From assembly GCA_963575745.1 (NCBI GenBank), contig CAUYUJ010000115.1, forward strand, positions 372,001 to 436,000: 64,000 nucleotides of DNA, given 5' to 3'. The translations under genes were made by a program, and so were the position numbers. Positions 33,198 to 47,320 of the stretch are shown piece by piece. Positions within the stretch are counted from its first letter, which is position 1; each line of letters opens with the position of its first letter. Below the pieces are notes generated by a model. The model was not told where the DNA came from. It made no database searches and worked only from the letters and a program-made list of their open reading frames with translations. Source of the DNA: Prorocentrum cordatum (taxonomy: Eukaryota).

Positions 33198-36100
33198 AGG
33201 AGGTGGAGGAGGAGGAGGAGGAGCAGGAGGAGGAGGGGGAGGAGGAGAAGGAGGAGGAGGAGGAGGAGGAGGAGGAAGAGGAGGAGGAGAGGAGGAGGAG
33301 GAGGAGGAAGGAGATGGAGGAGGAGGAGGAGGAGGAGGGGGGAGGAGGAGGAGGCGGAGGAGGAGGAGGAGGAGGAGGAGGAGGAGGAGGAGGAGGAAAG
33401 AGAAGGAGGAGGAATAGGAGAAGGAGGAGCAGGAGCAGGAGCAGGAGGAGAGAGGGGAGGAGGAGGAGGAGGAGGAAGGAAGAAGAGGGAAGTGGGGAGG
33501 AGGGAGGGGTCTAGGGATGAGGGAAGGGAGGGGATGGGGGAGGAGGGGAGGAGGAGGAGGAGAAGGAGGATGGGAGGAGGAGGAGAGGAGGAGGAGAGGA
33601 GGAGGAGGAGGAGGAGGGAGGAGGGACCTGACTCCTACTACTCTCGCGGGTTTGTAGCGCGGGTGGGGAGAGGGAGGGAGGAGGGATGGGGGAGGAGGAG
33701 GAGGGGGAGGAGGAGGAGGAGGAGGAGGAGGAGGAGGAGGAGGGGGAGGAAGAGGAGGAGGATGAGGAGGAGGGGAGGAGGAGAGGAGGAGGAGGAAGAT
33801 AGGAGGAGGAGAGGAGGAGAGGAAGGGGAGGAGGAGGAGGAGGAGGAGGAGGTGGAGGAGAGGAGAGGAGGAGGAGGAGGAGGAGGAGGAGGAGGAGGGA
33901 GGAGGAGGAGGGAGGAGGAGAGGAGGAGGAGGAGGAGGAGGAGGAGGAGGAGGAGGAGGAGGGGAGGAGGAGGAGGAGAAGGAGGAGGAGGGGCAGGAGG
34001 AGGAGGAGGAGGAGGCGGAGGAGGAGGAGGAAAAGGAGGAGGAGGAGGATAGGAGGAGGAGGAGGAGGGGAGGAGGAGAGGAGGAGGAGGAGGAGGGGAA
34101 TAGGAGGAGGAGGAGAAGGAGGAGGAAGCAGGGAGGAGGAAGAGGGAGGGGGAGGGATTAGGGAAGAGAGGGGGATGAGGGAGGAGGGAGGAGAAGGGAG
34201 GAGGGAGGACGGAGAAGGGCGGAAGGATAGCTACCTCACCATCCCGCCCCGAAGCCGAGGCCCCTGCTCCGGCCGGCCGCCCGGTGGCACCACCAGGAGC
34301 AGCTGCGGTTCGGAGTGGCCTTGGACGCGGCCGCGGTAGATCGAAGCGCAGATCACAGGCCGGACGGCATCTCGGGAGGGCGGGTGCCGGTCACAAGGGC
34401 CTCCTCCTCCTCCTCCTCTCCTCCTCTCCTCCTCCTCCTCCTCCTCCTCCTCCCGTGCTGCTGCTGACCCCGCCCGCCTCCCTCTCTGCCTCCCCAGACA
34501 TCCTCGCGTCACGGATCAGACTCGGCAGACGGCTCTGGGCCGTTTTCGGCAGCTGGGGGCCCGTGCTGTCACAAAACGACTCAGGACTCCGTGCCGGGCA
34601 AGGGGTCCACACCCCCACGGGGTCCACGTTGCAAAACAAGCACAGCGTCGGAGTTCTGGGTCCCTCCTCCTCCGTCTCCTCCGGGTCCACCATCCTCGTT
34701 CCTGCTGCTGCTCCTCATCCTCCTCCGCATTCCCCGTCCCTCCTCGGATGCACTCATGCTTCCTCGTGCTACTGCTCCTCCGCCGCCCAGGACCTGGTAC
34801 AACGACGGCAGGTCACGCCCTGGTGCACGAGAGCTGTCCGAGAGCCAGCGACCTCCTCCTGCTCCTAGTCAGCGACCTCCTCCTGCTCCTACTCTCCGCC
34901 ATCTCCACCTGCTCCTCCTCAAGCGCCTCCTGCTCTCTCCTCCTGCTCCCTCCTCCTCGTTCTCCGTTTCTCTCCTCCTGTGCCCCGCGCCCTCTCATCT
35001 CTCTGCCTGGTAGCACCCCTATCACTCCATAACTGCGTACCCGTGGAAACTTCTGTGTACAAGCACAACCACAGATGCATGCACAAGGTACGAAGACACA
35101 TACGCACACACACTCCCACGCAAGGGGACTCGCGCGCTTGGGTGGCATGCAGGTGCGTAACACACATGAAGGTGCACGCAAACACATCGGCGTATAACTA
35201 CACAAACATGCAGCTGCGCGCCACTATGAAGACCGATGGGTCGGCGCTCACCAGGAACATGGATCCCCAGAAACGGATCCCCCGGACCTTCTCCGCTTCA
35301 GCCTGGGTAGCGCGAAGCTCGCTGCGAACTAGTCACGCTCCTTCGTCTCCGAACTGTCCGAGCTCACTGAAACCTTGTGCGTGCGTCTTTTTGGCCGTGA
35401 GGTTGGCAGACACTAGTAGTAACGAGAGCGAATTGAATAACTACTAGGCGGGACAGAAATGTGGGCGAAGAACACAAAGTACAACTAGGCCTCTCTGATC
35501 GGCTTGCCCAAGCAAAATCGGCCCGCCCACAACACACACACAAGCACACACACACACACACACACTCCTCCTCGTCCTCATCTCCTGTTGGCCCGCTCGA
35601 GCAAAATCAATGCCCTTAGAGAAGGGTGCTCCTTCTGGCAACTTGTCCGAAATCTCCTCAACGCGCAGAGCGTCGCATATGCGGAAGAGCCGTAGGCGCT
35701 GGTCTGGGAGAAATCTGACCTCGTGCCCCGGGGGAGGGGCATGAGGGGCAGGATGGGGACTTGGTGCGGAGCGTGGGAGAATAAGGAAGAGGAGGCTCCA
35801 ATTGCGCTGTCACGCCGCTTAGTTGCCGACCTGTCGTCTGACTGACATGCCTTATCAACGTGATTCGAGAGCCTGCACCTCTCGCCATGTCCAACTCCTT
35901 CTCTGTACCCGCCGCCTCGACGTTCAAAGAGGAGATCCTGGTTGCCGATATTGCATGTATGTCGCCAACATTCTACTGGTCCTTCCGCATGAGTGCGTGA
36001 GATGCTCTCTGAGTCCTCCCTGCCTCCTCGCTCTCTTCTCGTTGATCGCATTCTTCCTGAGCTGCACCTCCACCGTTCCTGCATTCAGACCACCAACCTC

Positions 36101-36462
36101 CTCCCGCAGAACACAAACGCTGCGCTATCCAAATATTGGACACGTGGTTCGGCTTCCCATTCGTACATCCGATGCCGCGCATGATTGCAGCGTGTGCTGA
36201 ACCCGCCTCCCATCAAACTCATTGCACCTGCGCCGTAACCTCGTCGCACCTCCCCCTCCCGGATGATCCCTCCCGGGGTGCCCCCTGGCCAGAATTCCGA
36301 GGCGAGTCTGACCGTGGCGACCAGGACAAACACGCCCGAACAAGTCCACCTGGACGGTTTCCCCCGGGGCCGTAAGGGATCCGACGAGGAGGAGGAGGAG
36401 GAGGAGGAGGAGGAGGAGGAGGAGGTGGGGGAGGAGGAGATGGAAGAGAGGAGGAGAAGGAG

Positions 36463-36496
<34 letters not shown>

Positions 36497-39400
36497 TGGG
36501 GGAGGAGATGGGGGAGGAGGAGGAGGAGGAGGAGGAGGAGGAGGAGGAGGAGCAGGAGGAGGCGGAGGAGGGAGGGGAGGAGGAGGAGGAGGAGGAGGAG
36601 GAGGCGGAGGAGGAGGAGGAGGAGGAGGAGGAGGAGGAGGGGAGAGAGGAGGAGGAGGAGGAGGAGAAAGACGGGTCGCCTAAGCCCTCCGGAGAAACCC
36701 TCCACCTCCACCCTCGATCCTCGAAGGGCCCCGTCGAAAGCGGCTGCCCAGGCCCCCGACGCCGTGCCGGCGGCGGCGCGGGTCGCTCCCCGGCCAGCAG
36801 GGGTCTCACGTGGCCCCGAGCCCAGGCCCCCATTGTCGTGACTGTGATTGCAGCGTCGACACGGTCGTCCCGAGTCGTTCTGAGGAGGGCACCTTACCTG
36901 CAGACTGCGGCCGTTTTCGTTGCATGGCATCTCTCGCCCCCCCTCTGCCCCCCTCCGTGGTGGGTGGCACGCAGAGGGGGGGTATGGGGGGAGGGGGGAA
37001 GGCTCCTTAGAAGGCGCGGGCCTCACATCTAGAGGGGGGAGGGAGGAAGGCTCCTCAGAAGCAGGGGTGCTTCTAAGAAGCCTCCCTCCCCCTGGGTTCT
37101 CTGTTCTTTCCAGCGGGGGGGGGGGGGGCTGCGAAGGAGCAGGGTTGTTTCTAGGACGCCTTTCCAAGACGCCTCCCCCATCTCCCGCTGCCACCCCCCC
37201 TCTGCGCGCGGCGGACGCCCCTCTCCCCCCTCCGTGCGCAAGCAAGCCTGCCGGAGCCCAGGGGGCGACGGCCTTCCATCCAGGACTCCCGGCGTCGTGA
37301 CTCCTCCACGACGCGTGGACGGCCCCTGGACTGGGCGCGCATTGAATGGGGGGCGTTAAAGGGGGTGAGAGACAAGATGCCATTTCGGACCCTGCAACCC
37401 TCCTCGAGATCCAGCGCAAATGTTGAATGTCGAACGTCGCGCGAAACGAGGCCCACGGGGTCAGATTTGTTGTATCTGCACTCGCCAAACGTCGGCGCGA
37501 CCGCTCGAATTTGGGGGTCCTCGTGCGCCGCCACGTCGCGGGAAAAACTTGCATTTGATTTCGAGGGGTGATTTAGGAGCCCCCGCTGGGGCCCTCGAGG
37601 GCCCCCGTTCTGTAGCCCCCGCTGCCCCTCGATGACGCGCCCCCCGACCCGAAATCTGGCCACCTTCCCCAACCCGAAATCTGGCCACTGCCCCGATAAT
37701 AACCTCCCCGACACGCGAAACCGTTTAGCAAACGCACCAACAAAAAGGATTCAAACAGGGCAGGCTGTTCGGTGAACGCCAAAGGCCGTCTAGTGAACGC
37801 CAATTGTCTGGTCTGGGTGGTTTTTCCTCCCTGGATTCCCCGAGACTGGTCTCCCCACATCCCGAAGCGTCCTTTGACGGTCCCCGGGGGCCGGCGAGGG
37901 CCGCGGGAAGCCGATATGTTAACGCTGCCAGACACCTCCCGTCGTGATTTCTGCCACGACCCCTGACCACCTCGAGTCATGAGAGAATCACGGCGGGAGG
38001 TTGTTCGCTCTTTTCGGCCTCTGGGGGCCCTTCCTGGGCCTCGGGACCGTCAAACAACGATTCAGGACGAGAAGCTGGTCCCGGGGAATATAGACGAGCG
38101 CGTTCCACTACTCGCAAGGTAGCCAGTCGCAAATGGCCTGGATCCGCCGCGGGGGATCTACGATAAATTACATTGAAGCAAACATTTTTTTTCGGGCGTT
38201 TGCGAGTAGGCACTTTGCGAGTAGTGGAACGCGCTCGATGAGATTAGGTTCGGAACTTTGGGAGCCGCGTCACTCAACACTCAGGGACGTCGGGCGTCTG
38301 GGACGCGAGGGGGTCTGGGCACACGCCGAGGGAGGTCGAGCACTGGCCGCTGTGCTCTGTCCGCGGCGCGAGCTAGGCTGAGCGGCGGGCGTGCCTGAGG
38401 GGCCGAGGGCCGGGAGCCCCACAGGGGCGGGCTGCCACAGGGTCCGACACCGTGCCGGGGCGCCCGTGGCGTGCTTCTCCCTGCATCCTGATGTTGTGGC
38501 TGTTGTTGTTGTCGCTGTTGTTGTTGTCGTCGTTGTTGTTGTTGTGGTGGTTGTTGCTGTAGTTGTTGTTGTGGTTGTTGTTGTTGTTGAGTTCTCACTA
38601 CTGCATGATAATGATTGTTGGTCCCCCCTCTGGTGACCTTTGTGCTTTTTCAACTGCAGTGCTTCCCCCGGGGCTCGCACCCTGTTTTTTCGATCAGGGA
38701 AAACCACTAGGCTCAAGCTGTGCCCCTGGCCGCCGGATTACAACAACAGCGGCTCCCGTCTGATACTTCCTCACATTTGTTTCCCACATCGCGCTTTCGC
38801 GCGGGAGGTACTCACAATTCGTATACGAATCGCGCTCTGGCGTTGGACTTCCGTTCGATTTATTCAGACGATGTGCCCTCGGCGCTCAAGAATCACGCTC
38901 TCGCTGTGGCTGTTCGGGAAACGCGCTATCGCTTGCGATTTCCTTGCGATTCCTGCAGGACCCACGCTTCAGCAACCCGCCTGCTCGACCTGGTGGCCTG
39001 GGCCCGCCTTCCCGACCTTCCCGCTACGGGTCTGCCCACCCGATCTGCCCGTCTGGTTCTGCCACTTGTTTTCTGCTCCTTGCCCCCCTCCTGTTAATTT
39101 CTCTCGTGATCCATTCTTCTCCCTCCCCCTTCCACCCGTCTTCGCCTCCCTTGTTTAAGGGGCTGCACTACATGCGCTCGGCAAGTAAGGAAGATATGCC
39201 CCCAGGGGAAAACGATCGAGGATGACGAGGGCGGGTATCGAGGGATTGGGATAGAAGTCTTCATTGGCACGTGAGCAAATAGGAGCGAACAGTCTTACAA
39301 TTATTGTTGTCCTCGCCGTTCTTGTTGAACTCTCACTACTGAGAGTAATTATTTGTGATGCCCCCTCCGGTGAACATGGTGTTTTTCAATTGAAACGCTT

Positions 39401-39556
39401 CCCCCCGGGCTCGTACCCAGATTTTTCCCCACCTAGGCTCTGCTTAGAAGGGTTCTTACTCGGTAAACTTAAAAGGCCGGGCAGTGTTCCCCGCCCCGGG
39501 CGGTTCCCCTGGCATCCGCCCCGCGGTTCCCCCAGTTGCGTCCCCTGGGTTCACCC

Positions 39557-40075
39557 AGCTTAGCTTCGCTTAGCTTAGCTTAGCTTTGCTTAGCTTAGTT
39601 TAGCTTAGCCTATCTCATCCTAGCTTAGCTTGGCTTGGCTTAGCTTTGCCTGGCCTAGCTTAACTTAGCTTTAGCTTAGCTTATCTCATCCTAGCTTAGC
39701 TTAGCTTAAGTTTAGCTTAGCTTAGCTTGGCTTAGCTTTGCTAAGCTTAGCCTAGCTTAGCTCAACTTAGCCTAGCATAGCTGAGCTTACCTTAGCTTAG
39801 CTTCGCTTAGCCTAGCCTAGCTTAGCTTAGCTTAGCACTAGCACAGCACAGCATAGCTCAGCATATCATATCATAGCATTGCAAATCATAGCGCAGTATA
39901 TCATAGCATAGCACAACATAGCATATCAGTTCGATGCATAGCACAGCATGGCATATCATAGATGTAGATGTAGATGTAAGTGTAAATGTAAAAGGGAGTC
40001 TCGCTGTTGATGTTGTTGTTGATGTAGATGCAGGTGTACATGTAAATGTAGCTGTCGGTGTAGATGTAGATGTTG
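39557..40075. repeat. Compound microsatellite (CTTAG)n - (CATAG)n - (GATGTA)n
   Basis: Direct reading; transitions near 39840 and 39958. Confidence 0.92.
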
Positions 40076-40170
40076 CTTTCCTAAATGCTCCAACCCCTAG
40101 GTAGGGTCGCACTGGGATAATTTAACATGGAAAATCACTCGGCTCAGACTGGGTTGTTGGCCCCCCAATT

Positions 40171-42723
<2,553 letters not shown>

Positions 42724-43024
42724 CTCTTCGTCTTCGTCGTCACCATCGTCGCCGTCATCGTCGTCGTCGCCCTCGTGGTGGTGGTGGTGATTGTGATGGT
42801 TGTTGTCGTTGAAATTGTTGTTGCTGTTGTTGATGTTGTTTATAATGGTGTTATTGTTGTTGGTGCTGCTGCTGGTGTGGTTGCTGTTGCTGCTGTTCCT
42901 GATGATGGTGCTGCTGTTGGTGGTGTTGATCTTCTTGTCGTTGTTGGTGGTGTTGTTGTTACTCAGACACCTCCGGCCCAACTTCTCCTCCTCCTCCTCC
43001 ACATCCTTCCTGGCCCAGGCCCAT

Positions 43025-43245
43025 TCATACTCACGCCCACTCCTACCCAGACTCACCCACACTCAGATTCACTCACGTCCTCTTCTTCCTCACCCAGCTT
43101 CGCTCACACTAAGACTCACTCACACTCAGGCTCACTCTCACTTAGACTCACTCATGTTCAGCCTTACTCACACTCAGTCTCACTCGCATTTAAACTCACT
43201 CCTACTCAGACTCACTCACACTCGGACTCCCTCGCACTCAGAGTA
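43025..43245. repeat. ACTC/ACTCAC-rich degenerate microsatellite
   Basis: Direct reading. Confidence 0.8.
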
Positions 43246-43279
43246 ACACTTTTTCCGCGGGGACGTCTCAGCCGAATCG

Positions 43280-43940
43280 CTGGTTTCAAGAACCCAAGAG
43301 GGAGCCGCCAGGGGTGTTAGCGCGGACCTGTTCGAGGCCAAATTGTGGAAATGTCTGGGGCGGTTTGCCTGTTTCGTCGCTTGGGCTTGTCTGCTTTCAG
43401 TCCTGACTGCAAGGACGCCTCAGCAAAATCGTTGGTTTCAACACCACACGTGGGAGCCGCCAGGGGTGGTTGCACGGACCCGTTCGAGGCCAGATTGCGG
43501 GAATGTCTCAGGCGGTACGCCTATCTGGTGGCTTGGACGTGTCGGATAACAAAGCGGATTATGATGATGTCTCCAGCAACCCGCTGGCGTCAGCACCCCA
43601 AGGTGGAGCCGCCAGGGGTGGGTTCGCATCCCTGTTCGTGACCAGATTGTGGGGATTCCTCAAACTGTGTGCCTGTTTTGTGGTTTGGACTCGTCTGCTG
43701 TCAGAACAGGTGGTGAGAATGTTTCATGCGATTTGCTGGCTTCAGCACCCCAAGGGGGTAGTCGCAATGGGAGTGGAGATGTCTCAAACGGTCTCTGCCG
43801 TCAGATCAGATTGCGAGGATGTCGTCAGCGAGGCGCTGACTTCAGCACCCCAGGGGGGGCAGATTGTGAGGATGCCTCGAGCGAGGCGCTGGTTTTGATA
43901 CCCCAAGGAGGCACCACCAGGGAGCAGAGTTCGACAATGT
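43280..43940. repeat. Degenerate ~150-bp tandem repeat
   Basis: TTCARCACCCCAAGGKGGAGCCGCCAGGGGTG...CCAGATTGYGG recurs near 43285, 43437, 43590 and 43741. Confidence 0.7.
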
Positions 43941-45335
43941 TTGAGCAAGGCGCTGGCCTCATCGCCCGAAGGGGGAGCAACCAAGGAAAAGGACACTCGC
44001 CCATTCACTACTGCATGTTTAGCATGTGTCGAGCGAGGCGCTCGCGCTGCACTCCAGACTCCTGCCGCTTCGGAGCCCCAGGATCACCCCAGTCGAAGGA
44101 ACAAAAAGGCGGCCACACGGGAAGAGCATGGAGGACGGAGGAGGACCCAGGAGGACGCGGAAGGAGGGAGACTGGAGGAGGGAGGGGGAGAGCGGAGGGG
44201 CTGCGGCGAGGAGGAAGAGGAAGGAGCCGCCAGGAAGGGGGGGCACTTGCCGTCGAGGAGGAGTGAGGACAGAGGAGGAAAGAGGACGAGGATAATGAAG
44301 AGGAAGGAGGACGCAGGAGGGGGGAGAAGGACGGCCACCAGAAAAGATGAGAGAGGACGGAGGAGGAAGGAGGCGGCCCCAGGAGGAGGGACAAGGAAGG
44401 AGGACGAGCAGGGAGGGGTACGTACGACGCGGAGGAAGTGGACGGAAAAGGGGAGGGACCTGCTCTTCGGATCTTTGTGAGTCGCTGCTGTGTTTGTCGT
44501 CGCTGTCCCTCATCGTAGCCGCCGCCACCGCCGCCGTCGCCATCGCCGCCGTCGTCCTCGAAAACATCGTCCAAGAGGACTCGCTCTCACACCCGGGCGC
44601 TCACAACCAGAAACTCACAGCGGGACGTGCCAGGCAAGGAGGTTGCACATCTGGGGATCCATGTGTCGAGTAGTTTGTTTTAGCGTGTGTGTGTGCGTGT
44701 GTGTGAGTGAGTGAGTGAGTGAGTGAGTGTGTGAGTGTGTGTGTGTGCGTGTGTGTGTGAGTGTGTGTGTGTGTGTGTGGGTGGGGGGGGGGGGCGTGCG
44801 TGCGTGCGTGCGTGCGTGCGTGCTTGCATGTGCGTGTGTGTTTTTTCTCGGACGCCAGGGTCCGAGTGTCCTCTTCCATTCAGTCAGCGGTGGAGACATA
44901 ACCCTACTTGGATCACCGCGGGTGTTGCTAAGGGGATGGGGGTTTTCAGTGAAAGCCACGGTGGGTTATGTCTAGTTTATCCAAACCTGTCAGTGGGTGG
45001 CAAGTGACCTAGGTGGCGGTGAGGGGTTAGATAACTCCCCTACGGGGGGCGGAACCCCCTGAGTCCAGATCTTTCACCCTTAAGCCGTTTAGGGCACTCG
45101 TGCACAACCTCTAGTCTAGCTCAGGCGAGATAGAACCCACCTTAGCATCCACTACTACCCCCTATCCACTCTGCACCCCCTGCGATGATCCAAGTATCCT
45201 CAGGCGATCGTCCAGGACTTCCTGGCCTCCCAGGAAGGCCCTCGTCGAGGCGGAGAAGACGCACCGAGGCCCCGAAGGCCTCGAGTAGCTCTGGCGACGA
45301 TCCGAGGACGACAAAAACGGCGACGCCGACTACGA

Positions 45336-45498
45336 TTAGGTCGGGCATGTCCCCCTACAGGCGGGCTTTGGTCAAAAGGTTAAACATATCCCATGAATGC
45401 TGCAAAAAACATCAAAAGTAGTAACAAAAATCGTCCCCTGACTATCTTTTGACTATTTTTGAAAATATTCCTCCTGTAGAGGGACAGGCCCGACTTAG
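45336..45498. mobile_element. MITE with perfect 8-bp TSD (hAT-like)
   Basis: Same TIR family as 11089; TSD GACTACGA at 45328-45335 and 45499-45506. Confidence 0.85.
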
Positions 45499-47139
45499 GA
45501 CTACGACGACGTCGCGGCGGCCACGGCGGTGGCGGGGACGACGGTGGCGACAACGACGGCGACGGCGGCGACGACGATGACGACGACGACGACGGCGGCT
45601 GCCGCGAGGCGAGGCGAGGGCCCACCGCAACGAAGGGGTCGCACACGCAGCCGGCGCACGCGTGCGGCGGGGCGACTGGCGTGCTGTCCTGAGGCAGCCG
45701 CGGGCGCGCCGCTCGTCATCGCCGCCGCCGCCTTCGTCGTCGCCGCCGCCGCGGTGCCGTCGCCATCGTCGTCGCCGCCGCCGTCGGCTTCGTCGCTGCC
45801 GTCCCCGCAGCTGCCGCGTCGTCGTCATCGTCGACGCCGCGACGTCGTCGCAGTCGTCGTCGCCGTCGTAGCCGCCAGCGTCTTGCCGTCGTCCTCCTCG
45901 ATGGTTTTCGGAGGCTGCCATTTTTTGGTCCGTGTGGCTCTACGAGTTCTTCGGGCCAAGACAATATCTTCAGCACCTGCGACTTCTGGAAAGCCTCCCT
46001 GGGAGCCTGGGAGCTCGAGTCGTCCCGAAAGACCGCCAGGGGTCGCCATCGCCATCATCGTCGTCGTCGCCCCATTTCTTCCTCATCGTGAACCTCCTCC
46101 GCCTCCTTCTCCTCCTCCTCCTCCTCGCCCTCACCGTCCTCTTCCTCGGTCTCTCTGATCCTACTCATGTTCCTCCTCCTCCTCGTCCTCCTCTTCCTCC
46201 TTCTCCTCCTCCTGACCCTCTTACTCCCCCTCCTCGTTCCGCTGTAACAGAAAGAGGGTGGGGAGGGGCACGGGGACCGGGTGGTGCTGGGGAGTGTACC
46301 GGGAGAGCAGCTGAAAAGGGGAGTGCGGAAGGGACGAAGGAAGGAAGGGGGGAGAGGGGAGGAGAGGGATGGGACGGGAGGGGGACGCCAGATGGGAGAA
46401 GGCAGAGGCGAACGGAGAAATATTGTGCTTGTTTGTGATTTGTTCATCGTTCTCTGCTGCATCGGCGGGTAAGACTAGCACAAGCCCGGCACCGAGAAAT
46501 ACGGGCCGGCCCTCCCGGGCAAAATCCCACCCGCCCTCTGGGCGCAGGTGGTCTAGAGCGCTTCCTCTTCCAACCCTCTTCTTCCGCTTCAGGGTGGGGC
46601 TTATCACTGCTCCCCTTCGGGGTGGGGTTCGCATTCAGAGCATGCGCGGCCGCCCCGCGACCACTTCGTATTGATATTTTACAACGACGGCCGGGGTGCC
46701 GGCATATCCCACCTGCCCGCCAGTCGGCGCCCCGCCCGGCTGCTCGACCCAGCCGCCGTCCACGTGCGGCCGCCCTCCGCGGGAACGCCCACCTCTCCTG
46801 TCGCAGTCGAGCCGTAGCTGGCGGGACTACGATTGTCCCGTCGGGACCTTTGCATTGGTATTTGACACAGCCTCTTCGGGGGTTCCAACCTTTGATCCTT
46901 TGGCCCAGTGCTACTTCTGTGTTGGGAGTGCGGGTGGGAGTGAACAACACGGCTTGCTCCTTGTAGGAGTCTTGACCCCTCCACAATTACTCAATATGAA
47001 TACCACTCTCTCTCTCTCTCTCTTCCCCTGATGACGGCTTGAAAGTGTTAGCCCCCCCCCTGCGTACTGTTTTTGTGCACGCAGGATTCCCCAGAGTTGG
47101 GTTTCCGCCCGCATGTTTTTCCAAAGTGCTGCTCTCGCT

Positions 47140-47320
47140 GAGGCGCCAGCCTCATTTTCAGGCCCCGCTCGTTCCGAATCGTGCTCCCGCTGCAGCGCTG
47201 GCCTCATTTCCGTGCTTCCGCTCGTTCCGAATCGCGCTTCCGCTGCAGCGCTGGCCTCATTTCCGCGCTTCCGTTCGTTCCGACTCGTGCTCCCGCTGCA
47301 GCGCTGGCGTCATTTCCCGT
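47140..47320. repeat. ~53-bp tandem repeat, about 3 copies
   Basis: CCGCTCGTTCCGAATCGYGCTYCCGCTGCAGCGCTGGCCTCATTTCC units. Confidence 0.85.

Larger units (their letters stand above)
25503..34230. repeat. (GGA)n array punctuated by three copies of a ~55-bp core; split by the LINE
   Basis: Core CCTGACTCCTACTACYCTCGCGGGTTTGTAGCGCGGGYGGGGAGAGGGA at ~25505, ~26030 and ~33627. Confidence 0.9.

Noticed and set aside
31453..33417. 654-aa plus-strand ORF, and similar plus-strand ORFs at 8544-9587 and 9796-10605
   Set aside because: Antisense shadows of GC3-rich minus-strand coding sequence.
34231..38400. GC-rich segments that could be exons (34235-34390, 35580-36240, 38285-38380; also 54880-54940)
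   Set aside because: No consistent splice boundaries, phase links or recognisable motifs; cannot be supported without RNA data.
611..38717. Other GGCTCAAG or TTGGCTC words (about 620, 11596, 25176, 38710) as SL relics
   Set aside because: The match is limited to 8-10 nt with poor upstream agreement; chance level in 64 kb.
39557..39840. Telomere-like (TTAGC)n
   Set aside because: Interstitial and degenerate, and it does not match the TTTAGGG repeat reported for dinoflagellates.
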